A model generated the notes under the pieces. The model was given only the letters and a program-made list of their open reading frames with translations. It was not told where the DNA came from and did not search any database. Made by a program: the position numbers and the translations under genes. Positions 1-13,400 of a stretch of DNA of 64,000 nucleotides are shown piece by piece; the stretch's first letter is position 1; each line of letters begins with the position of its first letter. This stretch comes from Nemertoderma westbladi (lineage: Eukaryota; Animalia; Xenacoelomorpha). The stretch is from the NCBI GenBank assembly GCA_032718475.1, contig JAUCBJ010000343.1, positions 1 to 64,000 on the forward strand, in the 5' to 3' direction.

Positions 1-795
1 ATATTGTGGCTGTGGGTCTACCTTATCCAACAACGAAAAGCCGTAGCATTTTTAAGCATAGGATGTTATTCTGTTTAGTACCATTTCATTTCTCTTAAAT
101 GTTTTTTTCGTTTTTATGATCTACATTTTGCTGACATATATATATACAATCATAAACGAAATTATATCAGTCTTTGTAGTTCTCCAAAATGTCCTCAAAA
201 TCGTTATTTTTTGAACACTTTATTTGTTTTAGAGATAAATTTGCAAATCGCTTCGAGATAATATATTATTATTGGTAGGTTATGTAGCAATTTTCAGGTA
301 ACGCTGCAAATTTTATGTCAAGACCCGTTTTTCAGATGAGATGATTTAGTCATGCCGTGTATAAACTGTATTCAACTATTAAAATGCAATTCCATCCCAA
401 TTTAGATGATAATCCATCTACTTTTCGTGATCGTTGATGGATTAGCAATACATCGCATAGGTAAACGTGAAACACCGGAGGCAACCCGAAGTCTCCTATC
501 TCTTGGCTGTTGCCTATAAGGCAGGGGGGAGAGCACAACACAACTCACAAGGTTGACCACTCAATAACTATACAATCCTTTATTTACTCCTCCATCCCCA
601 ACAGAATCCAGATTGCCATTGTACCGTTGTTTTGTTGAAAGCAATGTCCTGTCAGCGCGATACTGTAGTACATCTTTTGGTTTGTTCTCTAATGACCTCA
701 CAGACTCGGATCTTAAATTCATTCGAAACCACAATATGACATAGAACATTAAATAAAAGTAGCAAAAACTAGCTACTACAAAAAAATCCCGGTCA

Positions 796-865
796 GGGTA
801 CACATACTGTAGTAGTGCCCATGGGTACACATACTGCAGTAGTGCCCATGGGTACACATACTGTT
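796..865. repeat. Short tandem repeat, 27-bp unit, about 2.5 copies
   Basis: GGGTACACATACTGTAGTAGTGCCCAT repeated. Confidence 0.8.
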
Positions 866-977
866 AGTAGTAGTGCCGATACACTTATGGTGGAAACCAT
901 GTGATGTTTTAGCGTGAGCTTAATTATGTTCTAAAACTTTGTTGTTTATTATTTCATATACAATTTTTATATTCGAA

Positions 978-2918
978 TGTCAAGCAGTAGTAATTATAAA
1001 TACAGTATACGCTAAAGTACAGAGATTCCAGACAACTGGGTTATTGTGTAACTAAGCAACTAATTACACAATGTCACTATATACAGTAGTATAACATTGT
1101 TATGTTGCTAAGCAACATTCTTTCCAATTTCTTGTTCTGTTATCCTGGCTCGTTCCAGGGTTGTAACATGCCCCCCCCCCCCCCCCCCCCCCTGTAGCAG
1201 CAGCGATGACGCCTGGATAGTTTGAATGCCTCTGTCTCACTGTGCGGCCAAAGTACGAGAAGTGTTCTAATGGGGCTGTTTTAGGTGTTTGAGATGGTAC
1301 CGATATGTTTGGGGTTGATGGAGGCTGTGATGCTATCGGGGATGGAGGCTGGAGATGCAGCTGTCGGTTGTACACTATACTGTAGGTGACTTTGAGTCGG
1401 TCTACTGAGACGGAGTCTTGTTTGCTGTTTATTTCTATGAGGAAATATGTGTCGCCAGCCTCTAGCACTTTGAATGGTCCCGTGTAGGGTCTTTCAAGTG
1501 GTCCGTGGTATTTGTCCACTCCGACATAAACGAACCCGGTCGAAGCTAAGTTGCTTGGAACATGTTTGGGGTGTTGCCCATGGAAGTTTACTGGCGGAGG
1601 AAGTGTCGACTGCATTGTTGATTGGAGGTGATTGAGAAATTCATCCTTCGGAGTGACATCACGAGAGCCGGGTTGATGGAACTCGCCTGGAAAGTGAAGA
1701 TTGTGCCATAGACGAGATCAGCGGCCGAGCAGTTTCCATCTTCACTCCACGTAGTCCGCATTGGTACTAGTGTGTTTTAGTACACTAGTACCGTTCGATT
1801 TCCGAGGAGAATGAGTAGTAATTCGTCCATCCATTGCGGGTTGATAAGGCGAGCTAAGAGCAGCCTTGCTGCCGGTGCATCCGTTCGACCATTCTAATAG
1901 CCTGTGGGTGATACGCTATAGTGGAGGAGGCAGAGTTGTTTGTACAGTTTGCAGAGGTACAGACGCAGTTTGTGTAGATTTGCCCAGAGTTTGGATTGGA
2001 TGTGAACTGGGCACCACGGCCCGAGGTTAGATCATCGGGTATGCCAAATCTGGACATCCAGTTCCTGATAAAAGCTTGGGCACAAGTCAACGAAGTTGCA
2101 TTCTCCAGTGATGTTACTTCAGGCCATCGATTGAAACGATCGATGATCGTAAAGAGGTATGTGTAGAATTCAGACACCGGAAGGGGACCGACAAGATCGA
2201 CGTGGATGCTGCCAAATAGACGGTCATGCTGAGGTCGACTGGCAAGAGGTGCGTGTATGTGGCGCTGTACTTTTGATGCTTGGCACGGGTGGCATTCTCG
2301 GCACCATCTTCTAATGTCTGATTTCATCTTGTGCCATACAAACTTAGATGAAATTGCGCATGTGTTGGACGGAAACCGGCATGTGCCAGATTGTGTATGG
2401 CGTCGAACACTCGTTTAGTCCACGTGGCCGGGACGATGGGCTAATTGTTTCCAGTGGAAACATCGCATAGGACTGAGTAGTCATCGAAGGATATGTCTTT
2501 GAGGCAGTGACCAGAGATTGCTGTGAGATACTGTAGGAGGCGATGTCACCCGAGGAAGAGTGGTCAGTTGCCAGCTGTCGTTAGTTAATTGTTGGTAGGT
2601 AAATTGCCGAGACCGAGGGAGCTACTGCACGTGATAGTCCATCAGCAACAATGTTGTCAGGGCCTTTGATATGGCGAATATCAGTTGTGAATTCGGCAAT
2701 GTATGACATATGTCGAGTTTGGCGTGGTTAACGATCGATAGAAGCCGAGAAAGCGAAGGTTACTAATTACACGCAACTAACGAACAAGTAACTAACGAAC
2801 GCAACTAACTACACAATGTCACTATGTACAGTAGTATCTAATTGTTATTGTTGTTATGTAAGCAACATTCTTAGCAATTCCTTGTTCTGTTATCCTGGCT
2901 CGTTCCAGGGTTGCCACA
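978..2918 (-). mobile_element. Internally deleted Ty3/Gypsy LTR retrotransposon
   Basis: Diverged direct repeats at about 1055-1168 and 2790-2918, both starting TGT..CAACCCTGGAACGAGCC on the minus strand. A poly-G PPT (1171-1192, minus) precedes the 3' LTR. Gag and RT are missing. The left boundary is approximate and no TSD was found. Confidence 0.85.
1100..2757 (-). pseudogene. Gypsy pol remnant (end of RNase H, integrase zinc finger and core, C-terminal domain)
   Basis: Motifs WCRECHPCQASK, HVDLVGPLP, TIIDRFNRWPE, AYHPQAIRMVERMHR and PLERPYTGPFKVL, broken by frameshifts and stops. Confidence 0.9.
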
Positions 2919-3955
2919 ATGTAAGGCGAGCTATCACATGGTGATTCCTCGGTCCAGGAAATTTCCTTTTTATTTTGTCGATATCTTTAAGTTACATTAT
3001 TTTAAACAATTATCCAAATTCATTGAGCGGCGGCATTTACATAGGGGCGATCTTGGCTAAAAATTATTTTGGACCACAAAGGTAGACCTCAGGCCTGTTA
3101 GTTCTTTTGCAAATAGGGCCTAAACCCAGTTCTCACACCATGTATCCAGTGACTAAACCCCATTTTTATATCGAGCGACCCACACCCACCATGTATTCAG
3201 TAAATTAAACGCTGGCGGTTAACATTGTGTTCTACTACTTTTTTTGCGTTCTCACCTGATAAATAACTGAAGAAATAATACTGAGAGTAAACCAAAACCT
3301 GTCTGAAACAGAAACGAATGCTACAAATATTCATAGCGGAATATTTAAATTTCAAATCGATTCTGATTTAATCATGAATAATAATGATCTCACTGACCAG
3401 ACTACATCCACAGCTTGGGTTTCATACTCATTAACTCACCCAGCTTCAAGACATACTGTATATCCCTCCCCACGGGGCATCATATTGCTATTTGCTACTG
3501 TAATATAAACCGAAAACCGCATTGCAGCTACGTAGTCATAATATTACCTAGCTGCTACTGCATGACTACATCGAGTTGGAATTTCAACTATTTCAGCACA
3601 TAACTCCTACACTACTAGTTGCTCTTAGTTAGTTACCGAAACCACTATCCTTAGATGTAACGGCTGGTATCTAAGGTAAATTTTTAGTAGGAAAGTACTT
3701 GTTGGTCTATCAGTCAGTTACTAGTGTACAGTAGGCTATACAGTATCTCATAGGCAGTCAATTATTTTCATATAAACTGCTCCCTACTGTATATCAACAT
3801 TGAGCTACTTTGCATCCACTATGTTGAAGCTGATAGGTTTAGGTATATTAGTTTACCTATAGGCAGATATATAGACCGTATTTGGGTCGATAAATTCATT
3901 CGCAGAAAATTTAATTTTCGTTGGTCAAAAGTAATTTATTTACCGTATTTCTAAA

Positions 3956-4060
3956 ATGTTACAGACAATAACTCTTCCATTTTTTGCTCTGGCAGCACTT
4001 TTAGTGGTGTGTCTTGGTGAAATCAACAGGGAACCAAACGAATTGGTTGAAAGAGACAAT
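3956..4060 (+). CDS. Fibrinogen-related (FReD) protein, exon 1 (signal peptide)
   Basis: ATG 3956 gives MLQTITLPFFALAALLVVCLGEINREPNELVERDN, a hydrophobic signal peptide; GTAAGT donor at 4061, phase 0. Confidence 0.75.
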
Positions 4061-5404
4061 GTAAGTTTGATATTTAAACATATTTTTCACATTAAGTATG
4101 TACCGTAGGCCCTATAGTTGTGTGACAATGTCTGAAGGTCTAACTACACTGAACTACATTTTGTTGTTAAAGTGCTCAACCAAAATTTAAAAATTATTTT
4201 AAAGATATGATTAGTGCATACCGATATCTATCTGCATCGCTTTTGGCTATTAGCACATGAATGTAGGCCTACGTTTTTCAGTATACTGTGAACTAAACAC
4301 CAAAATACAGTATAATGTAGAATCTACTGTAGTGCCAAACTAGTGGGTGAAAGTTAACTGTATTCGATTTTTACATAAAATTAGCTTTAAGTGCAAACGT
4401 ACATAGTGTAAGAAACTGCGATTATCTGTATCACAAATCAACCCAGGATCTGAATGGATGCGTGATAGGAGGGGACCGGACGGGATGAGCGGAAATATAT
4501 GTGACCGACCGGTGCTCATACAGTATAATGAAACCTGAAATCAGATAGAAATACTTGTATCATGCAGACAGGTGCGTGATACCGTGGATAACACAGAATG
4601 AATGTACGTCAGTACATTCATGTAGGCTACGTGCTACAGTATTGCACTGTATACTGAAAGTAATGTCTGTGGTTCTGGGGCGAGCCGCGTAGTGAGGCGA
4701 GTCCGTGTGTCCGTGGTATCCCTACATGATCCATACCCTCTGTGTGTCCAATCTCCCTTCTCTCTACCTTCCCCAGCCCCTCGGCACCCCAACTCATCTC
4801 AAACCTCCTTCACCCTCTCTGCACCCCAACTAATCTCTACCCCCTATACCCTCGCCGTGTTCCATCTCTTCTGTTGTTTTGTATCAGATATATAAAGTAT
4901 ATCTGTTGGCCTAACTGCTTAAATAATAATTATTAGGAACAGTGAGCCTCCCTACCCTAGATATGCACAACTTTTATCTGTCCTCCTAACAGAGGACCCC
5001 TCTCTGTACCAGCTGCTCTCGACCCCATAAAAGAGGAACTGCTGTATCTGAGTACCAACTCTTTTTTGTCTTCCATGCCATCTGTCTCCCAACTCTTATC
5101 TGACCTTCCTATACCCTCTCGCTTTCTGTATATCAACTTCTCACTGGCCTCATTCATTAACTTTTAGTTTTAAATATTCGTCAACAAACTTTCCCTATAA
5201 TTCGGTAATAAAGTCACTTTTTATAAATAAATTATATCCCTTGGCTGAAGGGCTCTTTCTTGTTCCTCATAAAACAATCTAAATAAATTTATTTGTAGCT
5301 TGAAAAAAGGCTTTGTATATTATTTATCTAATGGTGATGAAAAACTCAAATATTATCGAATAAGTAGGCCTATTATTAATTTTACGAAATAATTGTTGTT
5401 TTAG

Positions 5405-6061
5405 GATACTGACCGAAACAATGAATTGAAAATATACCCAGCTTTCGTCCAAACATACGCAGACCTTGTCTATATGAATGTGAAGATTCAACAAAGAGTA
5501 GACGGAAATATCAACTTCTATCGAAACTGGAATGAATACGTTGAAGGATTTGGCGACCCGAAAACAAATTTTTGGATGGGTTTAGAAATGATTTACAAGC
5601 TCAGCAAAGGTGGGGTTCAGTTGAGAGTCGATTTGTGGTTCACTGGAAAAGGATGGAGAAATCCAGAAGCGAGAAATAAATTAGTTGATATCAACGATGA
5701 ACACCGATACGCCGAATACAACTTCTATCTTGGATCTGCCGAAACCAATTACACCCTACATGTATCCGGTTACAATGGCAATGCTGGTGATAATATGGCC
5801 GATCAAGATGGTCAGCCATTCTCCACAAAAGACCACGATAATGATCATAGTCTCGATTATAAAGGCCAGGACCGCGTCTGCCCCTATCATTGTAGAGGAG
5901 CATGGTGGTACAAAAGTTGCTTGGATCTGAAGCTGGCCAGCAACTTGAATGGAATCTATGGTAGGGGGTTGGGAAGAGGACCTTTTTGGTTTGGATTTAC
6001 CGCAAATAACGCGGCTTCTCGAGTTGAAATGAAGATTTCGCGAAAGTTAAAATGTAAGTGA
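5405..6061 (+). CDS. Fibrinogen C-terminal domain (FReD; ficolin/tenascin-like) protein, exon 2
   Basis: TTTTAG acceptor at 5404, in frame with exon 1. Motifs IQQRVDGNINFYRNWNEYVEGFGD, FWMGLE, FSTKDHDND, GAWWYKSC, SNLNGIY, VEMKI. A GTAAGT at 6054 could be an alternative donor. Confidence 0.9.
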   Translation, partial: DTDRNNELKIYPAFVQTYADLVYMNVKIQQRVDGNINFYRNWNEYVEGFGDPKTNFWMGLEMIYKLSKGGVQLRVDLWFTGKGWRNPEARNKLVDINDEHRYAEYNFYLGSAETNYTLHVSGYNGNAGDNMADQDGQPFSTKDHDNDHSLDYKGQDRVCPYHCRGAWWYKSCLDLKLASNLNGIYGRGLGRGPFWFGFTANNAASRVEMKISRKLKCK

Positions 6062-6155
6062 AATTAATTGTTTTTCTACTTCTGATAGAAAAAAAAGACC
6101 CACCTTCAGTAAACTGTAGGAACCGTAGCGAGTACCGGTAGAAAATATAAAATGA

Positions 6156-6305
6156 ATTATTATTATTATTAAGTAATTAAACAGGACTAAGAATGATCCA
6201 ACTCAATAGCAAATGGAGCGGAAAAAATGAATTCGCCACCAGCGGGGATCGAACCCGCGTCTCTCGATAAACGTTCAGGTATGCTAACCACTACACCACG
6301 GAGGC
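6156..6305 (-). mobile_element. tRNA-derived SINE
   Basis: The minus strand reads GCCTCCGTGGTGTAGTGGTTAGC...GCGGGTTCGATCCCCGCTGGTGGCG (Pol III A and B boxes) with a non-canonical anticodon arm, then an unrelated body and an (AAT)n tail at about 6156-6170. Confidence 0.7.
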
Positions 6306-6360
6306 TCCTGCATCTTTCCGATTGATTTGCTATAGGTGGTATGCTACCTTACGGTTGCTA

Positions 6361-6620
6361 TTATTGTTTTTAAGAAAATGTCATTTTTAACCAAATGATA
6401 CGAATGAACTGAACCGGGTTGTCGTTTTCTCAGATTATAGTTGATTTGTAAAACACACCACTATACTATGGGCCGCCGTTTGGGCAATTTATTTGGCCCA
6501 AACGGCGGCCCATAGTATAGTGTTGTGTTTTACAAATCAACTATAATATGAGAAAACGACAACCAGGTTCAGTTCATTCGTATCATTTGGTTAAAAATGA
6601 CATTTTCTTTAAAATAATAA
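6361..6620. repeat. Near-perfect palindrome of about 260 bp (MITE or foldback)
   Basis: Arms of about 125 bp (6361-6486 and 6496-6620) are reverse complements with a few mismatches, around a loop of about 10 nt. Confidence 0.9.
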
Positions 6621-6752
6621 ACAAGTTTGATTTTAAAATTTATGTTGGTTATTCTGCAGGTTGAATTCCAGACTGTGAAGAAGAATTATAACTCCATTAC
6701 TGTAACTATTATATCTTATGATGCCTATCAATAGGAATGTATCTAATATGTT

Positions 6753-7379
6753 ATACTGTATGCATGGGGCGCCGTTCCGGCAAAAAGTACATGACATTCT
6801 CGGCCCGATTTAGATCAAACTTGCCCCGATATTGCTTTCTCGGCCCGAGAACGCAAACTCGGTCCGAGAATGCAAACTCGGCCCGAAAAGCATTCATCAG
6901 CAATACTTGTAATATCAAATTAGAATAAATTTTCTTGTCTATTGAAATCACCCATATACGTTTGTCCGCTGATTTAGGCAGAGGCTAAATCAACACTGAA
7001 ATCAGCAGTCAGGCAGCCCATAACTCGTTATGCTACAGTAAATTCATAACAAAATGCGACAAAAAAGTCAAAAGAACGGACATAAAAATCACCAGGGAGC
7101 ACTGAAATTCAGCACTGCGATATACTGTATGAATAACCAGATGCTGGTAGGGTAGCAGTAATGCAGAAATGAAAGAAAATGGAAAGCATACTACGAGAGT
7201 GACTAATACAATACTGTACATTCAAACACTTTGCATTCTCGGGCCTAGTTTTCATTCTCGGACCGAGATTACATTCTCAGGTCAAGAATGCATTCTCGAG
7301 CCGAGTTTGGTCTAGTTTCTCAGGCCGAGAATGTCATGTAGGCCTACTTTTGGCCGGAACGCCGCACCACATACTGTAT
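6753..7379. mobile_element. MITE with subterminal TTCTCGGCCCGA repeats
   Basis: Inverted ends ATGGGGCGCCGTTCCGGCAAAAAGTACATGACATTCTCGGCC and GGCCGAGAATGTCATGTAGGCCTACTTTTGGCCGGAACGCCGCACCACAT. Confidence 0.7.
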
Positions 7380-7729
7380 GGTTGTTGGGAACAGTACCAA
7401 TAGGACTATCTATAATGTTACAGTATATGGTTGTTGGGTACCGTAAAGTACAGTATAAGTATAGGCCTATAGTATACTACATGTATATAATTATTGTACA
7501 AGGCCATGCCATCGAGTCGACAGGGGGCGGTGATTGGGGTAAGATTTTCTTATGATTTATACCTGTGATCTAGTTACATAATTAAAATTAATTTAATTTA
7601 TTCAATTTATTAAGCAATACACAAATAAATTGATTTATATACATTTGATAGGCTACATGTATAGAAAGTATGGTTCCATTTCGTTAGAGATTGACCGACG
7701 TAAACGTTCAAACATTTCCAACGGCGGCG

Positions 7730-9370
7730 ACAGACGGCCCATTAATTATTTTTATTTGGTTTTAAAAGCTTCACATAGACTTCGTGGCTCGCCCCAAATG
7801 TAATTATAGTTTGGTTTCTGGGTTAACTTGTTTCCTGAATGTACAATATTAGTATTTCTATTATTTACCTGAGTAAAATAACGCCACTAATTGATTGCCA
7901 CCCCAAATTACAGTAGATGATTTTACACCAAAAACTTAATAGGCACCAAATAAATTTTTTGTAGCACCAATTTACATCCCCCAATTTTGAATATCTCTCT
8001 CACCAAAAACAATTATTCATCCCCCAAAAACAATAATTCATCCCCAAAAACAACTATTCATACCCCAAAAACAACTATTCATACCCCAAAAACAATAATT
8101 CATCCCCAAAAACAATAATTCATCCCCAAAAACAACTATTCATACCCCAAAAACAATTATCCATCCCCCCAACAATTATTCACCCCCCAACCCCAAAAAT
8201 CCCCCTCTCCCAAAAAAAGACAATTATCCCAAAGACAATTATTCTACCCCCAAAAACAATTATTCAATCTCCCTAAAATAATTACTTGTCAACCAAAAAC
8301 AATTCTTACAGCACCAAATATTTTATGGAAAATTTAATTATACAAATTCATTAATAATTTATTTCCTTAAATCAAACAAAATATTTAATTATATTATACC
8401 GACGATCCTCGGATGAGTACAAAACAAAGACTCAATTATAAAAACCTGCATAATATTGTACCATGTTAACTTTCGTTTATTGTTTTGGTTCCCCCAACAC
8501 ACCTCTGTAACCTGGTCCTTTACTAACCTGCTCCTTTAAATGGCAATGGGACCTAACGCTCTTTGGGACCTAACGCTGTTTGGGTCCTAACGCGACTTTA
8601 CCTCTTGGTTTTGTACAGAACGTGCAGTAAAGTGTTTGTTTGGTCTTTGTTTTGTACTCACCCGACGATCCTCGTAACAATAGTCTACAACTAAGTCTGT
8701 AACTGAGAGTCTGTTTATTTGGGTAGAATAGTTGATTATTTTTGGGGAATATGCATTTATTTTGGGGGTATGTGTATTTAATTTGAGGGATTATGTATTT
8801 ATTTTGGGGGAATATGTATTTATTTTGGGGAAAATTATGTATTTATTTTGGGGGAATATATGTAGGCCTACTGAATTTAATTTGGGGGATTATGTATTTA
8901 TTTTGGGGGATTATGTATTTATTTTAGGGGATTATGTATTTATTTTGGGGGGAAATGTATTTATTTTTGGAAAATTTGTATTTGTTTTGGGAAAATTTGT
9001 ATTTATTTTGGGAAAATTTGTATTTATTTTGGGAAAATTTGTATTTATTTTGGGAAAATTTGTATTTATTTTGGGAAAATTTGTATTTATTTTGGGAAAA
9101 TTTGTATTTATTTTGGGAATATTTGTATTTATTTTGGTGCGAATAATTGATTTTGGGGAGCATTTATTTATTTTAGTGTTAATAATTGTTTTTCGTGTTG
9201 AAAAATTTATTTTGGTGTTAGAATAATTTTATTTGGTGACTTTACTGTATTTTATTTAGTGTTAAATAATTTTTATGGGGTCACATTATTTAAATTGGTA
9301 ATATAATTTTTTTGGTGAAATAATTTCATCGATTTTGGTATGACTTTAATTGGTAGGCCTAGCCGTCAAA
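7730..9370. mobile_element. Foldback-like element whose inverted arms are built from 20-21-bp tandem repeats
   Basis: Left arm (CCCCAAAAACAATTATTCAT)n at about 7990-8330; right arm (TTTTGGGAAAATTTGTATTTA)n at about 8715-9330; inner inverted pair GAGTACAAAACAAAGAC (8415) and GTCTTTGTTTTGTACTC (8643). Ends are approximate. Confidence 0.65.
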
Positions 9371-10494
9371 TAATCAAAGATTTCACGTAATAGACCTACA
9401 CTTGGCTTCATTGTTATTTTATATATATTAGTGTTCCACACATTCTAGAATACCAAATACACATATACACCAATACCAAATATCAAGTTCCGTTGTTTTA
9501 AATTGTTGGTGATAATTGCGTGGTTTCGAAAGTACAAATATCCGGCACTGCCACATATTGCAATTTACCTGTCACATTGAAATATATACTACACTGCATA
9601 CTGCACTGCTACACTTAATTTCGTACATGTGATGTTTCTTTCCCAGGGTTCCCTTTAATTCCCAAATAAAAAAATACTCATCGGAAAGGAATTTGGCATA
9701 CTCACTATATTAGGCAACTTTCTACCAACTTCCCAAACAGTAGTCTGGGAAGCTATTAAAGTATTTAGGAATTTCAAGACATGCGCGAAGGCATGAATTA
9801 TTTGAGCGACTATTTGGTGCGCTATGACGGTCAGAAGGTGGCGGTCGGTCTATCTGTTGATCGGGCGGCCGGACGGACGGTGATTGAGAAGTGAGTGGGT
9901 GTGAAGGTGTGTGTAAGGGAAGGTGAACCTGAGGGGATGGGAATGTGGGAAGATTGAAATGTAGGAAATTTGAAATGTGGTATGGAAGGTGGTAATGTTC
10001 GAAGATGGATCGATGGGAATGTTGGGAAGATGGATGTTAATGCGGGAAAGTGGATGGAATTTTGGAAGAGGATTGTAGAAAGATGGATGGGAAAGAGGAT
10101 AATGTTACCCATCGAAATATCGAAAACAACATAACATGACATATAGAGCATTGACATGTAATATTGTAACAGTCATCGAATATATTAACAAAATAACAAT
10201 TAAACTAAAATATATTAAAAATGAATTGGAATCCGACAAGAAATATCATACCTGTAATCTGTCTGAACCTATAAAATTTTATCCAGAAATATAGAGACGT
10301 TGTAGCACGAGCCATTTCATTCAACGCTAGGGTAATTGTTATAAATCGGTGGTGAAGTAATGTGATATAAAAGGAACACAATATTTGAAAACTACAGCCT
10401 GAATAATACAATCTTTAGCTACAGTAGAATATCAGTTTCTGGTCTATTGACCGCAGTATTATAATTACAATGACGTACAAACTGTCTGGGTGGT

Positions 10495-13400
10495 TCATTC
10501 TGAAACAGTAGATTCATTAGCTTCAGTAGGTGATTGCTTTGGACTACCATTTGGAGTACCATTTCCTGGACTACCAGGTGGTGAACTACAACTTAATGGC
10601 TCACTGGATGGTGAAGTTTTGGAACCAGTAGTTTGTGGCCTATCACAAGTTATAATTCCATCAGTTAGAAGATCGTCGTTTTGAGAAATGGTGTGATCAT
10701 CAATAGTTGCCACGCCTTCAATATCACCCATTGTTTTTCCGTCATCAATATCATCAATGGTTTTACCTATATCATCGATATCATCAATGTGTTTCAAGCC
10801 ATTAATATCACCCATAGTTTTCCAGTCATCAATATCATCTATTGTTTTCACACAATCATTAACATTCATTGTTTTTACAACATCAATATCATCTATTGCT
10901 TTCACACCATCATTGTCATCCATTGTTTTAGCGTTATCTGCATCATCCATTGCATTCCTGTCAACAATTGTTATTGGGCCATGAATATTATTTATTATTT
11001 TCCCATAATCAATACCGTCAATTGTTTTAATCACATCCTCGATAACATCAACAGACTCAACATCTTCAGTAGCATCACTTATATCAAGAGCGGCATGTTT
11101 GGCGTAATCCCCACTGCTGGGAACACCAGTATCTTTAACAGGATTGTCCAGGCCATCGGATCCCTGCATAGCAATTGGTAAGGCCACATTAGCTTCAAAT
11201 AATGGAATCATTTCAACACCATGAGACGACCTCATGTGAGATATTATAGAATGGGGGCGACGGTAGCCACCACTTGGATCGGCTACACACAAGGGACAAT
11301 GGAAGGTTTGCTTTTCTACGTGAGAATATACATGTCTTTTAAAGTGAATAGGGCGATAACCACATAGCTTACAAACTTTAGCACCATCACAGTGTTTCTC
11401 TACAAAATGATCACGATATGAATTTGGAGAGGATTGCACTTCTTTGCACATTTGACACCAAATGTTACAAAATCTCTCCACAGTTATGTCCCCATTCGAA
11501 GATACTAAACTGAGTGTTCGTTTATTTCTAGAGGGACTACACTTATTGCCACTTGATGTTTCATCCACAGCATTGGATGACAATGCGGTTGCTTGTTGAA
11601 GATTTATTTTTATACTTTTCTTGAATGATGCCGCTTTCTGAATAAATTTAGGCTGTTTCGATATTTTCGTTGTCTTGATCGAAGGACAGATTTTGGAATG
11701 ACGATGTAAATTACCTTTATTGGCAAAATTTCCTCCGCAATTGCTGCATTTAAATATAATTGCTGGACCAGTTGATGGTGACTTGTGTGCTCCTTGGGAG
11801 ATTATCTTTTCTCCAATCATCTTATTTTCGCAAATATTTTTATGCCGAATTATATTTTTTTTGCTAAAAACCTTATTGCAGTAAGGGCACCTCTGTTTGG
11901 ATAGTGCGATCTTTTTGCTTACAGTTGCAAATTTACGATTAGGTTGCCGAAACTTTTTATAAATGGGACATATTGCCATATGACGCAAACGACTACGAGG
12001 TGATGAAAAACACTTATTGCAATAACTGCATGGGTTTTCTGTGCCAGAATACCTTGCTCTCCTCAATTTCTTCCCCGTTACACCAGCGCCAATACCGGAC
12101 GTAGCCTTTACTTTCCTTGATACAGCAGCACCAATTGCAGACTTCGCGTTTACCTTCGATTTTACAGCAGCGCCAATGGCAGATCGAGCCTTTACCTTCC
12201 CTGTTACAGTTACAGTAGCGTCAACAGCAGACCTAGCCTTTACCTTGCTTATTATACCAGAGTCGGCGGTAGACATCGCTTTTACCTTCCCTACTACAGT
12301 AGATCTACCAACGCCAGACCTAGTCTTTACCTTCCCTTTTATACCATCGCCTATGATAGGATTGACATTTACTGAATGCCTCGAACACTGACCTAAACTC
12401 CTAGCTTGCCGAAACTCCTGGCGAACAGGACTGACCGAAATTATTGTATCAGAATCTTTGGAATTTTTCTTCCCTTTAGGACCACGACCACAGTCAAATC
12501 CTTTAATTTTATGATCAATTAATTGACTATAACTATCGAATATTTTCCAACATGTTCTGCACTTGAAAGTATTACAAACCATCTGCTTTCTTGGGGCACT
12601 TCTAGAGCCTTTACTGGGAGTAATTTTGGAGACTGCAAACATATCAACCTTGGTTTTAATATTACTGCTAGTTACTGCAGAAGCGTCAAAATTAATGTTG
12701 TGTTCTCTGAATTTGTGCACTTTCAAGGCGCTATTCGAGATACACTTTTTATCACAAATGTTGCACTTGTAAAGTGACTGGCAAGTATGAAAAGCAACAT
12801 GATATTGCATGCGTTTCGAATTCATACCCAACTTGCAAATAGTGCAATATTTCCTATTTATTGTATGTTTAGAATATAAATGTCCTTTAAGACTCAACTT
12901 ATCAACACACACCTCTCCACAATCAACACAAGCAATTCCACTAGGCCTACCTGCATCTATACGCGAGTGAAATTTAGAAAGAGAATTCGAAGTTGTGGGC
13001 ACGAGATTAGAAACAGCTGGTGACTCAATGGTATTACTATCGCTATCCATAGAAACCACAGCAATGTCTGCCTTCAAAGTATCCAAAATATCATCATGTG
13101 GTGAACCCTTTGAATCCATAATAGAACTAGAGGAATCTTTAATAATTGAGACGTTAGATTTCAAAGTATCATTTGAATCCCTAATAGAACTACCGTTATA
13201 AGATTCTTTAATAACAGAGTTATTTGAGGATACCGGTAACACATTTTCACTGAATTCATGATTCATGTCGTAAACCCCGCCATGCATTATTCTTATGTGA
13301 TTAGCAAATAACTTGGGGCATTCAAAGGCATTACCACAAGTGCGACACTTATTAAACGCAATGTTAACATGATAAAGAATGTGCTCCTCGACTATTTCCT

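Larger units (their letters stand above)
8..3095. mobile_element. Possible old non-autonomous DNA transposon hosting the Gypsy remnant
   Basis: Imperfect inverted ends GGCTGTGGGTCTACCTT (8-24) and AAGGTAGACCTCAGGCC (3079-3095); TGT on both outer sides (5-7, 3096-3098). Confidence 0.3.

Noticed and set aside
350-857. Two short minus-strand ORFs
   Set aside because: No recognisable motifs, and one begins in a tandem repeat. They may be decayed TE coding sequence but cannot be supported.
6233-6305. Functional tRNA gene
   Set aside because: The anticodon arm is non-canonical and the sequence continues into a SINE-like body with an (AAT)n tail.
8732-9226. Hydrophobic 164-aa ORF (GKFVFIL repeats)
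   Set aside because: It is a translation of the 21-bp tandem arm of the foldback element.
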